Of a stretch of DNA of 64,000 bases, positions 42,647 to 56,824 are shown piece by piece. Location of the stretch: assembly GCF_009914755.1 (NCBI RefSeq), contig NC_060948.1; one strand, given 5' to 3'. Under the pieces are notes generated by a model. The model was not told where the DNA came from, ran no database searches, and saw nothing but the letters and a program-made list of their open reading frames with translations. The stretch comes from the human T2T-CHM13v2.0 reference genome, Homo sapiens. Each line of letters starts with the position of its first letter. The first letter of the stretch is position 1. The translations under genes and the position numbers were made by a program.

Positions 42647-45600
42647 ATGGAATGGGAACGAATGGAATGGAATGGAAAGGAATGGAATCGAATGGAAAGG
42701 AATCGAATGGAAGGGAATGAAATTGAATCAACAGGAATGGAAGGGAGTAGAATAGACGGTAATGGAATGGATTCGGATAGAATGGACACGAATGCTCAAA
42801 TTGAATGGACTCGAATGGAATGGAAACGAAAGGAATGTCATCGAATGGAATTGAATCGATTGGAATGAAATCACATAGAATGGAGTGGAATCAAATGGAA
42901 TTGAATCGAAAGGAAAGGAAGCGAATGGACTGAAATGAAATGGAATGGAATTGAATGGAAATTCATGCAATGGAATAGAATGGAACGAAGTTTCACGGAA
43001 TGGAATCAAACTGAATGGAATCAAATCAATGGAATATAATCAAATGGAATGGAAAGGAATTGAATGGAGTAGATTGGATTGGATGGGATTGGAATGAAAT
43101 GTACTGGAAAGGACTCGAATTTCATGAAACGGAATGGAATGAATTAGAACGGAATGGACTCGAATGGAATGGAATGTCATGGAATGGCATCAAATGGAAT
43201 GGAATCGATTGCGATGGAATGCTATGGAATGGAATGGAATGCATTGGAATGGAATGTCCTCTAATGGAATGTATTCGAGTGGAATGGAATCGAATATAAT
43301 GGAGTCTAATGAAAGGGAATTGAAAGGAATGGGACCGAATACAATGGAATATACTGGAATGTAATGTAATGAACTCGAATGTAATTGACTGGAATGGAAT
43401 GTACATGAATGGAATGTAATCGAATGGAAAGCAATCCAATGGAATAGAATCTAATGCAATAAAATCGACTCAAGTAGAGTAGAATGTAATGGAATGGAGT
43501 GCAGTGCAATGGAATGGAATGGAATGGAATGCAATGGAATGGAATGGAATGGAATGGAATGGAATGGGATGGAATGGTATGGAATGGATAGTAATGGACT
43601 GGAGTGAAATGGACTGGAAAAGAATGGACTCAAATTGAAAGGGCTCGAAAGGAATGGAGTCAAATGGAATGGTCTGGAATGGAATGAACACGAATGTAAT
43701 GCAATCCAATAGAATGGAATCGAATGGCATGGAATATAAAGAAATGGAATCGAAGAGAATGGAAACAAATGGAATGGAATTGAATGGAATGGGAACGAAT
43801 GGAGTGAAATTGTATGCAGTAGAAGAGAATAGAATGGAATGCAAGCGAAAGGAAAGGAATGGATTGGAATGGAATGGAATTCATTGGAATGGAAGGGAAT
43901 GTAGTGTAATGGACAGGCCTGGAATAAAGTGGAATGCTACGGTCTCGAATGGAATAAAAATGTATGGAATGGAATGCAATGAAACGGAATCGAATGTCAT
44001 AGAATGTAATGGAATGCAAAAAAATGGAATCCAAAATCATTGACTGGAAAGGCTGGGTGTCGAAAGGAATTGACTCCAATGGAATGGAATCGAATGGAAT
44101 GGAAGTGAATAGAATGGAACTAAATCGAATGGAATGGAATTGATAGGAACGGAATGGAAAGGAATGCAATGATTTGGCATGGAATGGAATCGAATGGCAT
44201 CGAATGGAATGGAATGGAATGCAATGGAATGGAATGTATTAGAATGTAATGAACTTTAATGGAATGTACTCGAATGGATTCGACTGGAATGGAATGTTCT
44301 CGAAGTGAATGGACTCCAATGGAATGGATTCGAAAGGAATGGAATCTAATGGAATGGAATTAAATGGAAATGAATCAAATTGAATAGAAAGGAATTGAAT
44401 TGAATGGAATCGAATGCAATGGAATCTAATGAAACGGAAAGGAAAGGAATGGAATGGATTGGAATGGAATGGGCTGGAATGGAATGGAATCGAAACGAAT
44501 GGAATGGAATCGAACTGAAGAGACTGGAATGGAATGCACTGGAATGGAAGGGAATGTAATGGAAGGTTCTCGAAAAAAATGGAATCGAAAGGAATGGAAT
44601 TGAATGGAACGGAATAGAGTCGAATGGAATTGAATGGAATGGAATGGACTAGAGTGAAATGGAATCGAACCACAAGGAATGGACAGGAATAGAATGGTCT
44701 CGAATTGAATGGAATCGTATGGAATGGCATCAAACGGAATGGAATGGACAGCCACGGAATGGAATGGACACCCACGGAATGGAATGCACTCGAATGCAAT
44801 GGAGTCGACACTAATGGACTGAATAGAATGGACTCGACTGGTACGGACTCCAATGGAATGGAATCGAATGGAAGGGAATCGAACGGAATGGACTCGAAGG
44901 GAAAAGACTGCAATGGAAAGGTCTCCAATGGAATGGAAATTAATGGAATGGAATGGAATCGAATGAAATGGAGTCAAAAGGAATGGAATCGAATGGCAAG
45001 AAATCGAATGTAATGGAATCGCAAGGAATGGATGTGAACGGAACGGAATGGAATGGAATCCAAAGGAATGGAATAGAATGGAATGGAATCGAATGGAAAG
45101 GACTCGAATGGAAATCACTCGAATAGAATGCAATTTAATAAAATAGGATCAAATGTAATGGAATGGAATGGAAAGGAATCGAAACGAAAGGAATGGAGAC
45201 AGATGGAATGGAATGGAACAGAGAGCAATGGTATAGAATGGAATGGAATCATCTGGAATGGAATTGAATGGAATGGAATAATATGAAATGGAATGGAATG
45301 GAATGGAATGCCCTTGAATTAAATGGACTGGAATGGAATGGACTCGAACAGAGTGGAATGGAAAGTGTTGAAATAGAATGGAATGGACTCGTTTGGAATG
45401 GTCTAGTATGCAATGCAATCGACTGGCAGGGAATCAAAAGGAATGTAATCGAATGGATTGGACTGGAATGCAATGGACTCGAATAGATTGGAAACGGAAA
45501 GCAAAGGAATGGAATGGAATAGTATGGAATGGAATGGAAGGAATGGAGTGGAATAGACTAGAGTGGAATGGAATGGACTCGAAAGCAATGGACTGGAATG

Positions 45601-46188
45601 GAACTTTCTTGAATGGACTGGAATCAAACGGAATGGAATGCAATGCAATCAAATGGCATGGAATAAAATAGAATGAAAGAGAATCAAATGGAATTGAATC
45701 GAATGGAATCGAATGGATTGGAAAGGAATAGAATGGAATGGAATGGAATTGACTCAAATGGAATGGACTAGAATGGAATGGATTCGAATGGAAGTCAAAG
45801 GAATGGAATCTATTGGAATGGACTGTAATGGAATGGAATGGAAGGGATTGGAATGGACTCGAATGGAATGGACTGCCATAGAAAGGATTCGAATGGAATG
45901 AAAAAGAATTGAATGGAATAGAACAGAATGGAATCAAATCGAATGAAATGGAATGGAATAGAAAGGAATGGAATGAAATGGAATGGAAAGGATTCGAATG
46001 GAATGCAATCGAATGGAATGCAATCGAGTGGAATGGAATCGAACGGAATGGAATAAAATGGAAGAAAACTGGCAAGAAATGGAATCGAAATGAATGGAGT
46101 GTTATGGAACGGACTCAAAAGGAATTGAATGTAATAGAATGGAGTGGAGTGGACTCGAATATAATGGACTGGAATGGAATGAAATCAC
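42647..46188 (+). repeat. DYZ1 unit U13 (3542 bp), copy of U11
   Basis: ORF track is virtually identical to U11 at +7081. Confidence 0.88.
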
Positions 46189-49100
46189 ATGGAATGGGAA
46201 CGAATGGAATGGAATGGAAAGGAATGGAATCGAATGGAAAGGAATCGAATGGAAGGGAATGAAATTGAATCAACAGGAATGGAAGGGAGTAGAATAGACG
46301 GTAATGGAATGGACTCGAATAGAATGGACACGAATGCTCAAATTGAATGGACTCGAATGGAATGGAAACGAAAGGAATGTCATCGAATGGAATTGAATCG
46401 ATTGGAATGAAATCACATAGAATGGAGTGGAATCAAATGGAATTGAATCGAAAGGAAAGGAAGCGAATGGACTGAAATGAAATGGAATGGAATTGAATGG
46501 AAATTAATGCAATGGAATAGAATGGAACGAAATTTCACGGAATGGAATCAAACTGAATGGAATCAAATCAATGGAATATAATCAAATGGAATGGAAAGGA
46601 ATTGAATGGAGTAGATTGGATTGGATGGGATTGGAATGAAATGTACTGGAAAGGACTCGAATTTCATGAAACGGAATGGAATGAATTAGAACGGAATGGA
46701 CTCGAATGGAATGGAATGTCATGGAATGGCATCAAAAGGAATGGAATCAATTGCGATGGAATGCTATGGAATGGAATGGAATGCATTGGAATGGAATGTC
46801 CTCTAATGGAATGTATTCGAGTGGAATGGAATCGAATATAATGGAGTCTAATGAAAGGGAATTGAAAGGAATGGGACCGAATACAATGGAATATACTGGA
46901 ATGTAATGTAATGAACTCGAATGTAATTGACTGGAATGGAATGTACATGAATGGAATGTAATCGAATGGAAAGCAATCCAATGGAATAGAATCTAATGCA
47001 ATAAAATGGACTCAAATAGAGTAGAATGTAATGGAATGGAGTGCAGTGCAATGGAATGGAATGGAATGGAATGCAATGGAATGGAATGGAATGGAATGGA
47101 ATGGGATGGAATGGTATGGAATGGATAGTAATGGACTGGAGTGAAATGGACTGGAAAAGAATGGACTCAAATTGAAAGGGCTCGAAAGGAATGGAGTCAA
47201 ATGGAATGGTCTGGAATGGAATGAACACGAATGTAATGCAATCCAATAGAATGGAATCGAATGGCATGGAATATAAAGAAATGGAATCGAAGAGAATGGA
47301 AACAAATGGAATGGAATTGAATGGAATGGGAACGAATGGAGTGAAATTGTATGCAGTAGAAGAGAATAGAATGGAATGCAAGCGAAAGGAAAGGAATGGA
47401 TTGGAATGGAATGGAATTCATTGGAATGGAAGGGAATGTAGTGTAATGGACAGGCCTGGAATAAAGTGGAATGCTACGGTCTCGAATGGAATAAAAATGT
47501 ATGGAATGGAATGCAATGAAACGGAATCGAATGTCATAGAATGTAATGGAATGCAAAAAAATGGAATCCAAAATCATTGACTGGAAAGGCTGGGTGTCGA
47601 AAGGAATTGACTCCAATGGAATGGAATCGAATGGAATGGAAGTGAATAGAATCGAACTAAATCGAATGGAATGGAATTGATAGGAACGGAATGGAAAGGA
47701 ATGCAATGATTTGGCATGGAATGGAATCGAATGGCATCGAATGGAATGGAATGGAATGCAATGGAATGGAATGTATTAGAATGTAATGAACTTTAATGGA
47801 ATGTACTCGAATGGATTCGACTGGAATGGAATGTTCTCGAAGTGAATGGACTCCAATGGAATGGATTCGAAAGGAATGGAATCTAATGGAATGGAATTAA
47901 ATGGAAATGAATCAAATTGAATAGAACGGAATTGAATTGAATGGAATCGAATGCAATGGAATCTAATGAAACGGAAAGGAAAGGAATGGAATGGATTGGA
48001 ATGGAATGGGCTGGAATGGAATGGAATCGAAACGAATGGAATGGAATCGAACTGAAGAGACTGGAATGGAATGCACTGGAATGGAAGGGAATGTAATGGA
48101 AGGTTCTCGAAAAAAATAGAATCGAAAGGAATGGAATTGAATGGAACGGAATAGAGTCGAATGGAATTCAATGGAATGGAATGGACTAGAGTCAAATGGA
48201 ATCGAACCACAAGGAATGGACAGGAATAGAATGGTCTCGAATTGAATGGAATCGTATGGAATGGCATCAATCGGAATGGAATGGACAGCCACGGAATGGA
48301 ATGGACACCCACGGAATGGAATGCACTCGAATGCAATGGAGTCGACACTAATGGACTGGAATAGAATGGACTCGACTGATACGGACTCCAATGGAATGGA
48401 ATCGAATGGAAGGGAATCGAACGGAATGGACTCGAAGGAAAAAGACTGCAATGGAAAGGTCTCCAATGGAATGGAAATTAATGGAATGGAATGGAATCGA
48501 ATGAAATGGAGTCAAAAGGAATGAGATCGAATGGCAAGAAATCGAATGTGATGGAATCGCAAGGAATTGATGTGAACGGAACGGAATGGAATGGAATCCA
48601 AAGGAATGGAATAGAATGGAATGGAATCGAATGGAAAGGACTCGAATGGACATCACTCGAATAGAATGCAATTTAATAAAATAGGATCAAATGTAATGGA
48701 ATGGAATGGAAAGGAATCGAAACGAAAGGAATGGAGACAGATGGAATGGAATGGAACTGAGAGCAATGGTATAGAATGGAATGGAATCATCTGGAATGGA
48801 ATTGAATGGAATGGAATAATATGAAATGGAAAGGAATGGAATGGAATGCCCTTGAATTAAATGGACTGGAATGGAATGGACTCGAACAGAGTGGAATGGA
48901 AAGTGTTGAAATAGAATGGAATGGACTCGTTTGGAATGGTCTAGTATGCAATGCAATCGACTGGCAGGGAATCAAAAGGAATGTAATCGAATGGATTGGA
49001 CTGGAATGCAATGGACTCGAATAGATTGGAAACGGAATGCAAAGGAATGGAATGGAATAGTATGGAATGGAATGGAAAGGAATGGAGTGGAATAGACTAG

Positions 49101-49727
49101 AGTGGAATGGAATGGACTCGAAAGCAATGGACTGGAATGGAACTTTCTTGAATGGACTGGAATCAAACGGAATGGAATGCAATGCAATCAAATGGCATGG
49201 AATAAAATAGAATGAAAGAGAATGAAATGGAATTGAATCGAATGGAATCGAATGGATTGGAAAGGAATAGAATGGAATGGAATGGAATTGACTCAAATGG
49301 AATGGACTAGAATGGAATGGATTCGAATGGAAGGCAAAGGAATGGAATCTATTGGAATGGACTGTAATGGAATGGAATGGAAGGGATTGGAATGGACTCG
49401 AATGGAATGGACTGCAATAGAAAGGATTCGAATGGAATGAAAAAGAATTGAATGGAATAGAACAGAATGGAATCAAATCGAATGAAATGGAATGGAATAG
49501 AAAGGAATGGAATGAAATGGAATGGAAAGGATTCGAATGGAATGCAATCGAATGGAATGCAATCGAATGGAATGGAATCGAACGGAATGGAATAAAATGG
49601 AAGAAAACTGGCAAGAAATGGAGTCGAAATGAATGGAGTGTTATGGAACCGACTCAAAAGGAATTGAATGTAATAGAATGGAGTGGAGTGGACTCGAATA
49701 TAATGGACTGGAATGGAATGAAATCAC
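46189..49727 (+). repeat. DYZ1 unit U14 (3539 bp), copy of U12 up to ~49030
   Basis: ORF track matches U12 at +7081 until the last ~700 bp. Confidence 0.88.
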
Positions 49728-52700
49728 ATGGAATGGGAACGAATGGAATGGAATGGAAAGGAATGGAATCGAATGGAAAGGAATCGAATGGAAGGGAATG
49801 AAATTGAATCAACAGGAATGGAAGGGAGTAGAATAGACGGTAATGGAATGGACTCGAATAGAATGGACACGAATGCTCAAATTGAATGGACTCGAATGGA
49901 ATGGAAACGAAAGGAATGTCATCGAATGGAATTGAATCGATTGGAATGAAATCACATAGAATGGAGTGGAATCAAATGGAATTGAATCGAAAGGAAAGGA
50001 AGCGAATGGACTGAAATGAAATGGAATGGAATTGAATGGAAATTAATGCAATGGAATAGAATGGAACGAAATTTCACGGAATGGAATCAAACTGAATGGA
50101 ATCAAATCAATGGAATATAATCAAATGGAATGGAAAGGAATTGAATGGAGTAGATTGGATTGGATGGGATTGGAATGAAATGTACTGGAAAGGACTCGAA
50201 TTTCATGAAACGGAATGGAATGAATTAGAACGGAATGGACTCGAATGGAATGGAATGTCATGGAATGGCATCAAATGGAATGGAATCGAATGCGATGGAA
50301 TGCTATGGAATGGAATGGAATGCATTGGAATGGAATGTCCTCTAATGGAATGTATTCGAGTGGAATGGAATCGAATATAATGGAGTCGAATGAAATGGAA
50401 TTGAAAGGAATGGGACCGAATACAATGGAATATACTGGAATGTAATGTAATGAACTCGAATGTAATTGACTGGAATGGAATGTACATGAATGGAATGTAA
50501 TCGAATGGAAAGCAATCCAATGGAATAGAATCTAATGCAATAAAATCGACTCAAATAGAGTAGAATGTAATGGAATGGAGTGCAGTGCAATGGAATGGAA
50601 TGGAATGGAATGCAATGGAATGGAATGGAATGGAATGGAATGGGATGGAATGGTATGGAATGGATAGTAATGGACTGGAGTGAAATGGACTGGAAAAGAA
50701 TGGACTCAAATTGAAAGGGCTCGAAAGGAATGGAGTCAAATGGAATGGTCTGGAATGGAATGAACACGAATGTAATGCAATCCAATGGAATGGAATCGAA
50801 TGGCATGGAATATAAAGAAATGGAATCGAAGAGAATGGAAACAAATGGAATGGAATTGAATGGAATGGAATTGAATGGAATGGGAACGAATGGAGTGAAA
50901 TTGTATGCAGTAGAAGAGAATAGAATGGAATGCAAGCGAAAGGAAAGGAATGGATTGGAATGGAATGGAATTCATTGGAATGGAAGGGAATGTAGTGTAA
51001 TGGACAGGCCTGGAATAAAGTGGAATGCTACGGTCTCGAATGGAATAAAAATGTATGGAATGGAATGCAATGAAACGGAATCGAATGTCATAGAATGTAA
51101 TGGAATGCAAAAAAATGGACTCTAAAATCATTGACTGGAAAGGCTGGGTGTCGAAAGGAATTGACTCCAATGGAATGGAATCGAATGGAATGGAAGTGAA
51201 TAGAATCGAACTAAATCGAATGGAATGGAATTGATAGGAACGGAATGGAAAGGAATGCAATGATTTGGCATGGAATGGAATCGAATGGCATCGAATGGAA
51301 TGGAATGGAATGCAATGGAATGGAATGTATTAGAATGTAATGAAGTTTAATGGAATGTACTCGAATGGATTCGACTGGAATGGAATGTTCTCGAAGTGAA
51401 TGGACTTCAATGGAATGGATTCGAAAGGAATGGAATCTAATGGAATGGAATTAAATGGAAATGAATCAAATTGAATAGAACGGAATTGAATTGAATGGAA
51501 TCGAATGCAATGGAATCTAATGAAACGGAAAGGAAAGGAATGGAATGGATTGGAATGGAATCGGCTGGAATGGAATGGAATCGAAACGAATGGAATGGAA
51601 TCGAACTGAAGAGACTGGAATGGAATGCACTGGAATGGAAGGGAATGTAATGGAAGGTTCTCGAAAAAAATGGAATCGAAAGGAATGGAATTGAATGGAA
51701 CGGAATAGAGTCGAAAGGAATTGAATGGAATGGAATGGACTAGAGTGAAATGGAATCGAACCACAAGGAATGGACAGGAATAGAATGGTCTCGAATTGAA
51801 TGGAATCGTATGGAATGGCATCAAACGGAATGGAATGGACAGCCACGGAATGGAATGGACACCCACGGAATGGAAAGCACTCGAATGCAAAGGAGTCGAC
51901 ACTAATGGACTGAATAGAATGGACTCGACTGGTACGGACTCCAATGGAATGGAATCGAATGGAAGGGAATCGAACGGAATGGACTCGAAGGGAAAAGACT
52001 GCAATGGAAAGGTCTCCAATGGAATGGAAATTAATGGAATGGAATGGAATCGAATGAAATGGAGTCAAAAGGAATGGAATCGAATGGCAAGAAATCGAAT
52101 GTAATGGAATCGCAAGGAATTGATGTGAACGGAACGGAATGGAATGGAATCCAAAGGAATGGAATAGAATGGAATGGAATCGAATGGAAAGGACTCGAAT
52201 GGAAATCACTCGAATAGAATGCAATTTAATAAAATAGGATCAAATGTAATGGAATGGAATGGAAAGGAATCGAAACGAAAGGAATGGAGACAGATGGAAT
52301 GGAATGGAACAGAGAGCAATGGTATAGAATGGAATGGAATCATCTGGAATGGAATTGAATGGAATGGAATAATATGAAATGGAATGGAATGGAATGGAAT
52401 GCCCTTGAATTAAATGGACTGGAATGGAATGGACTCGAACAGAGTGGAATGGAAAGTGTTGAAATAGAATGGAATGGACTCGTTTGGAATGGTCTAGTAT
52501 GCAATGCAATCGACTGGCAGGCAATCAAAAGGAATGTAATCGAATGGATTGGACTGGAATGCAATGGACTCGAATAGATTGGAAACGGAAAGCAAAGGAA
52601 TGGAATGGAATAGTATGGAATGGAATGGAAAGGAATGGAGTGGAATAGACTAGAGTGGAATGGAATGGACTCGAAAGCAATGGACTGGAATGGAACTTTC

Positions 52701-53280
52701 TTGAATGGACTGGAATCAAACGGAATGGAATGCAATGCAATCAAATGGCATGGAATAAAATAGAATGAAAGAGAATCAAATGGAATTGAATCGAATGGAA
52801 TCGAATGGATTGGAAAGGAATAGAATGGAATGGAATGGAATTGACTCAAATGGAATGGACTAGAATGGAATGGATTCGAATGGAAGTCAAAGGAATGGAA
52901 TCTATTGGAATGGACTGTAATGGAATGGAATGGAAGGGATTGGAATGGACTCGAATGGAATGGACTGCCATAGAAAGGATTCGAATGGAATGAAAAAGAA
53001 TTGAATGGAATAGAACAGAATGGAATCAAATCGAATGAAATGGAATGGAATAGAAAGGAATGGAATGAAATGGAATGGAAAGGATTCAAATGGAATGCAA
53101 TCGAATGGAATGCAATCGAGTGGAATGGAATCGAACGGAATGGAATAAAATGGAAGAAAACTGGCAAGAAATGGAATCGAAATGAATGGAGTGTTATGGA
53201 ACGGACTCAAAAGGAATTGAATGTAATAGAATGGAGTGGAGTGGACTCGAATATAATGGACTGGAATGGAATGAAATCAC
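49728..53280 (+). repeat. DYZ1 unit U15 (3553 bp)
   Basis: Anchor spacing; 1-bp deletion near 51911. Confidence 0.88.
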
Positions 53281-56200
53281 ATGGAATGGGAACGAATGGA
53301 ATGGAATGGAAAGGAATGGAATCGAATGGAAAGGAATCGAATGGAAGGGAATGAAATTGAATCAACAGGAATGGAAGGGAGTAGAATAGACGGTAATGGA
53401 ATGGACTCGAATAGAATGGACACGAATGCTCAAATTGAATGGACTCGAATGGAATGGAAACGAAAGGAATGTCATCGAATGGAATTGAATCGATTGGAAT
53501 GAAATCACATAGAATGGAGTGGAATCAAATGGAATTGAATCGAAAGGAAAGGAAGCGAATGGACTGAAATGAAATGGAATGGAATTGAATGGAAATTAAT
53601 GCAATGGAATAGAATGGAACGAAATTTCACGGAATGGAATCAAACTGAATGGAATCAAATCAATGGAATATAATCAAATGGAATGGAAAGGAATTGAATG
53701 GAGTAGATTGGATTGGATGGGATTGGAATGAAAAGTACTGGAAAGGACTCGAATTTCATGAAACGGAATGGAATGAATTAGAACGGAATGGACTCGAATG
53801 GAATGGAATGTCATGGAATGGCATCAAATGGAATGGAATCGAATGCGATGGAATAGAATGCAATGGAATGCTATGGAATGGAATGGAATGCATTGGAATG
53901 GAATGTCCTCTAATGGAATGGATTCGAGTGGAATGGAATCGAATATAATGGAGTCGAATGAAATGGAATTGAAAGGAATGGGATCGAATACCATGTAATA
54001 TACTGGAATGTAATGTAATGAACTCGAATGTAATTGACTGGAATGGAATGTACATGAATGGAATGTAATCGAATGGAAAGTAATCCAATGGAATAGAATC
54101 TAATGCAATAAAATCGACTCAAATAGAATAGAATGTAATGGAATGGAGTGCAGTGCAATGGAATGGAATGGAATGGAATGCAATGGAATGGAATGGAATG
54201 GAATGGAATAGGATGGAATGGTATGGAATGGATAGTAATGGACTGGAGTGAAATGGACTGGAAAAGAATGGACTCAAATTGAAAGGGCTCGAAAGGAATG
54301 GAGTCAAATGGAATGGTCTGGAATGGAATGAATACGAATGTAATGCAATCCAATAGAATGGAATCGAATGGTATGGAATATAAAGAATTGGAATCGAAGA
54401 GAATGGAAACAAATGGAATGGAATTGAATGGAATGGAATTGAATGGAATGGGAACGAATGGAGTGAAATTGTATGCAGTAGAAGAGAATAGAATGGAATG
54501 CAAGCGAAAGGAAAGGAATGGATTGGAATGGAATGGAATTCATTGGAATGGAAGGGAATGTAGTGTAATGGACAGGCCTGGAATAAAGTGGAATGCTACG
54601 GTCTCGAATGGAATAAAAGTGTATGGAATAGAATGCAATGAAACGGAATCGAATGTCATAGAATGTAATGGAATGCAAAAAAATGGACTCCAAAATCATT
54701 GACTGGAAAGGCTGGGTGTCGAAAGGAATTGCCTCCAATGGAATGGAATCGAATGGAATGGAAGTGAAAAGAATGGAACTAAATCGAATGGAATGGAATT
54801 GATAGGAACGGAATGGAAAGGAATGCAATGATTTGGCATGGAATGGAATCGAATGGCATCGAATGGAATGGAATGGAATGCAATTGAATGGAATGTATTA
54901 GAATGTAATGAACTTTAATGTAATGTACTCGAATGGATTCGACTGGAATGGAATGTTCTCGAAGTGAATGGACTCCAATGGAATGGATTCGAAAGGAATG
55001 GAATCTAATGGAATGGAATTAAATGGAAATGAATCAAATTGAATAGAACGGAATTGAATGGAATGGAATCGAATGCAATGGAATCTAATGAAACGGCAAG
55101 GAAAGTAATGGAATGGAATGGAATGGGCTGGAATTGAATGGAATCGAAACGAATGGAATGGAGTCGAACTGAAGAGACTGAAATGGAATGCACTGGAATG
55201 GAAGGGAGTGTAATGGAAGGTTCTCGAAAAAAATGGAATCGAAAGGAATGGAATTGAATGGAACGGAATAGAGTCGAATGGAATTCAATGGAATGGAATG
55301 GACTAGAGTGAAATGGAATCGAACCACAAGGAATGGACAGGAACAGAATGGTCTCGAATTGAATGGAATCGTATGGAATGGCATCAAACGGAATGGAATG
55401 GACAGCCACGGAATGGAATGCACTCGAATGCAATGGAGTCGACACTAATGGACTGGAATAGAATGGACTCGACTGGTATGGACTCCAATGGAATGGAATC
55501 GAATGGAAGGGAATGGAACGGAATGGACTCGAAGGGAAAAGACTGCAATGGAAAGGTCTCGAATGGAATGGAAATTAATGGAATGGAATGGAATCGAATG
55601 AAATTGAGTCAAAAGGAATGGAATCGAATGGCAAGAAATCGAATGTAATGGAATCGCAAGGAATTGATGTGAACGGAACGGAATCGAATGGAATCCAAAG
55701 GAATGGAATAGAATGGAATGGAATCGAATGGAAAGGACTCGAATGGAAATCACTCGAATAGAATGCAATTTAATAAAATAGGATCAAATGTAATGGAATG
55801 GAATGGAAAGGAATCGAAACGAAAGGAATGGAGACAGATGGAATGGAATGGAACAGAGAGCAATGGTATAGAATGGAATGGAATCATCTGGAATGGAATT
55901 GAATGGAATGGAATAATATGAAATGGAATGGAATGGAATGGAATGCCCTTGAATTAAATGGACTGGAATGGAATGGACTCAAACAGAGTGGAATGGAAAG
56001 TGTTGAAATAGAATGGAATGGACTCGTTTGGAATGGTCTAGTATGCAATGCAATCGACTGGCAGGGAATCAAAAGGAATGTAATCGAATGGATTGGACTG
56101 GAATGCAATGGACTCGAATAGATTGGAAACGGAATGCAAAGGAATGGAATGGAATAGTATGGAATGGAATGGAAAGGAATGGAGTGGAATAGACTAGAGT

Positions 56201-56824
56201 GGAATGGAATGGACTCGAAAGCAATGGACTGGAATGGAACTTTCTTGAATGGACTGGAATCAAACGGAATGGAATGCAATGCAATCAAATGGCATGGAAT
56301 AAAATAGAATGAAAGAGAATGAAATGGAATTGAATCGAATGGAATCGAATGGATTGGAAAGGAATAGAATGGAATGGAATGGAATTGACTCAAATGGAAT
56401 GGACTAGAATGGAATGGATTCGAATGGAAGGCAAAGGAATGGAATCTATTGGAATGGACTGAAATGGAATGGAATGGAAGGGATTGGAATGGACTCGAAT
56501 GGAATGGACTGCAATAGAAAGGATTCGAATGGAATGAAAAAGAATTGAATGGAATAGAACAGAATGGAATCAAATCGAATGAAATGGAATGGAATAGAAA
56601 GGAATGGAATGAAATGGAATGGAAAGGATTCGAATGGAATGCAATCGAATGGAATGCAATCGAATGGAATGGAATCGAACGGAATGGAATAAAATGGAAG
56701 AAAACTGGCAAGAAATGGAGTCGAAATGAATGGAGTGTTATGGAACCGACTCAAAAGGAATTGAATGTAATAGAATGGAGTGGAGTGGACTCGAATATAA
56801 TGGACTGGAATGGAATGAAATCAC
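53281..56824 (+). repeat. DYZ1 unit U16 (3544 bp), divergent subtype
   Basis: 15-bp insertion near 53850, 10-bp deletion near 55100, single copy of the 20-mer, many private SNVs. Confidence 0.88.

Larger units (their letters stand above)
34700..49030 (+). repeat. Dimeric higher-order repeat, 2 x 7081 bp (boundaries approximate)
   Basis: Matching ORFs and private variants at a constant offset of 7081 (34810/41891, 35566/42647, 38297/45378, 41540/48621). Confidence 0.85.
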
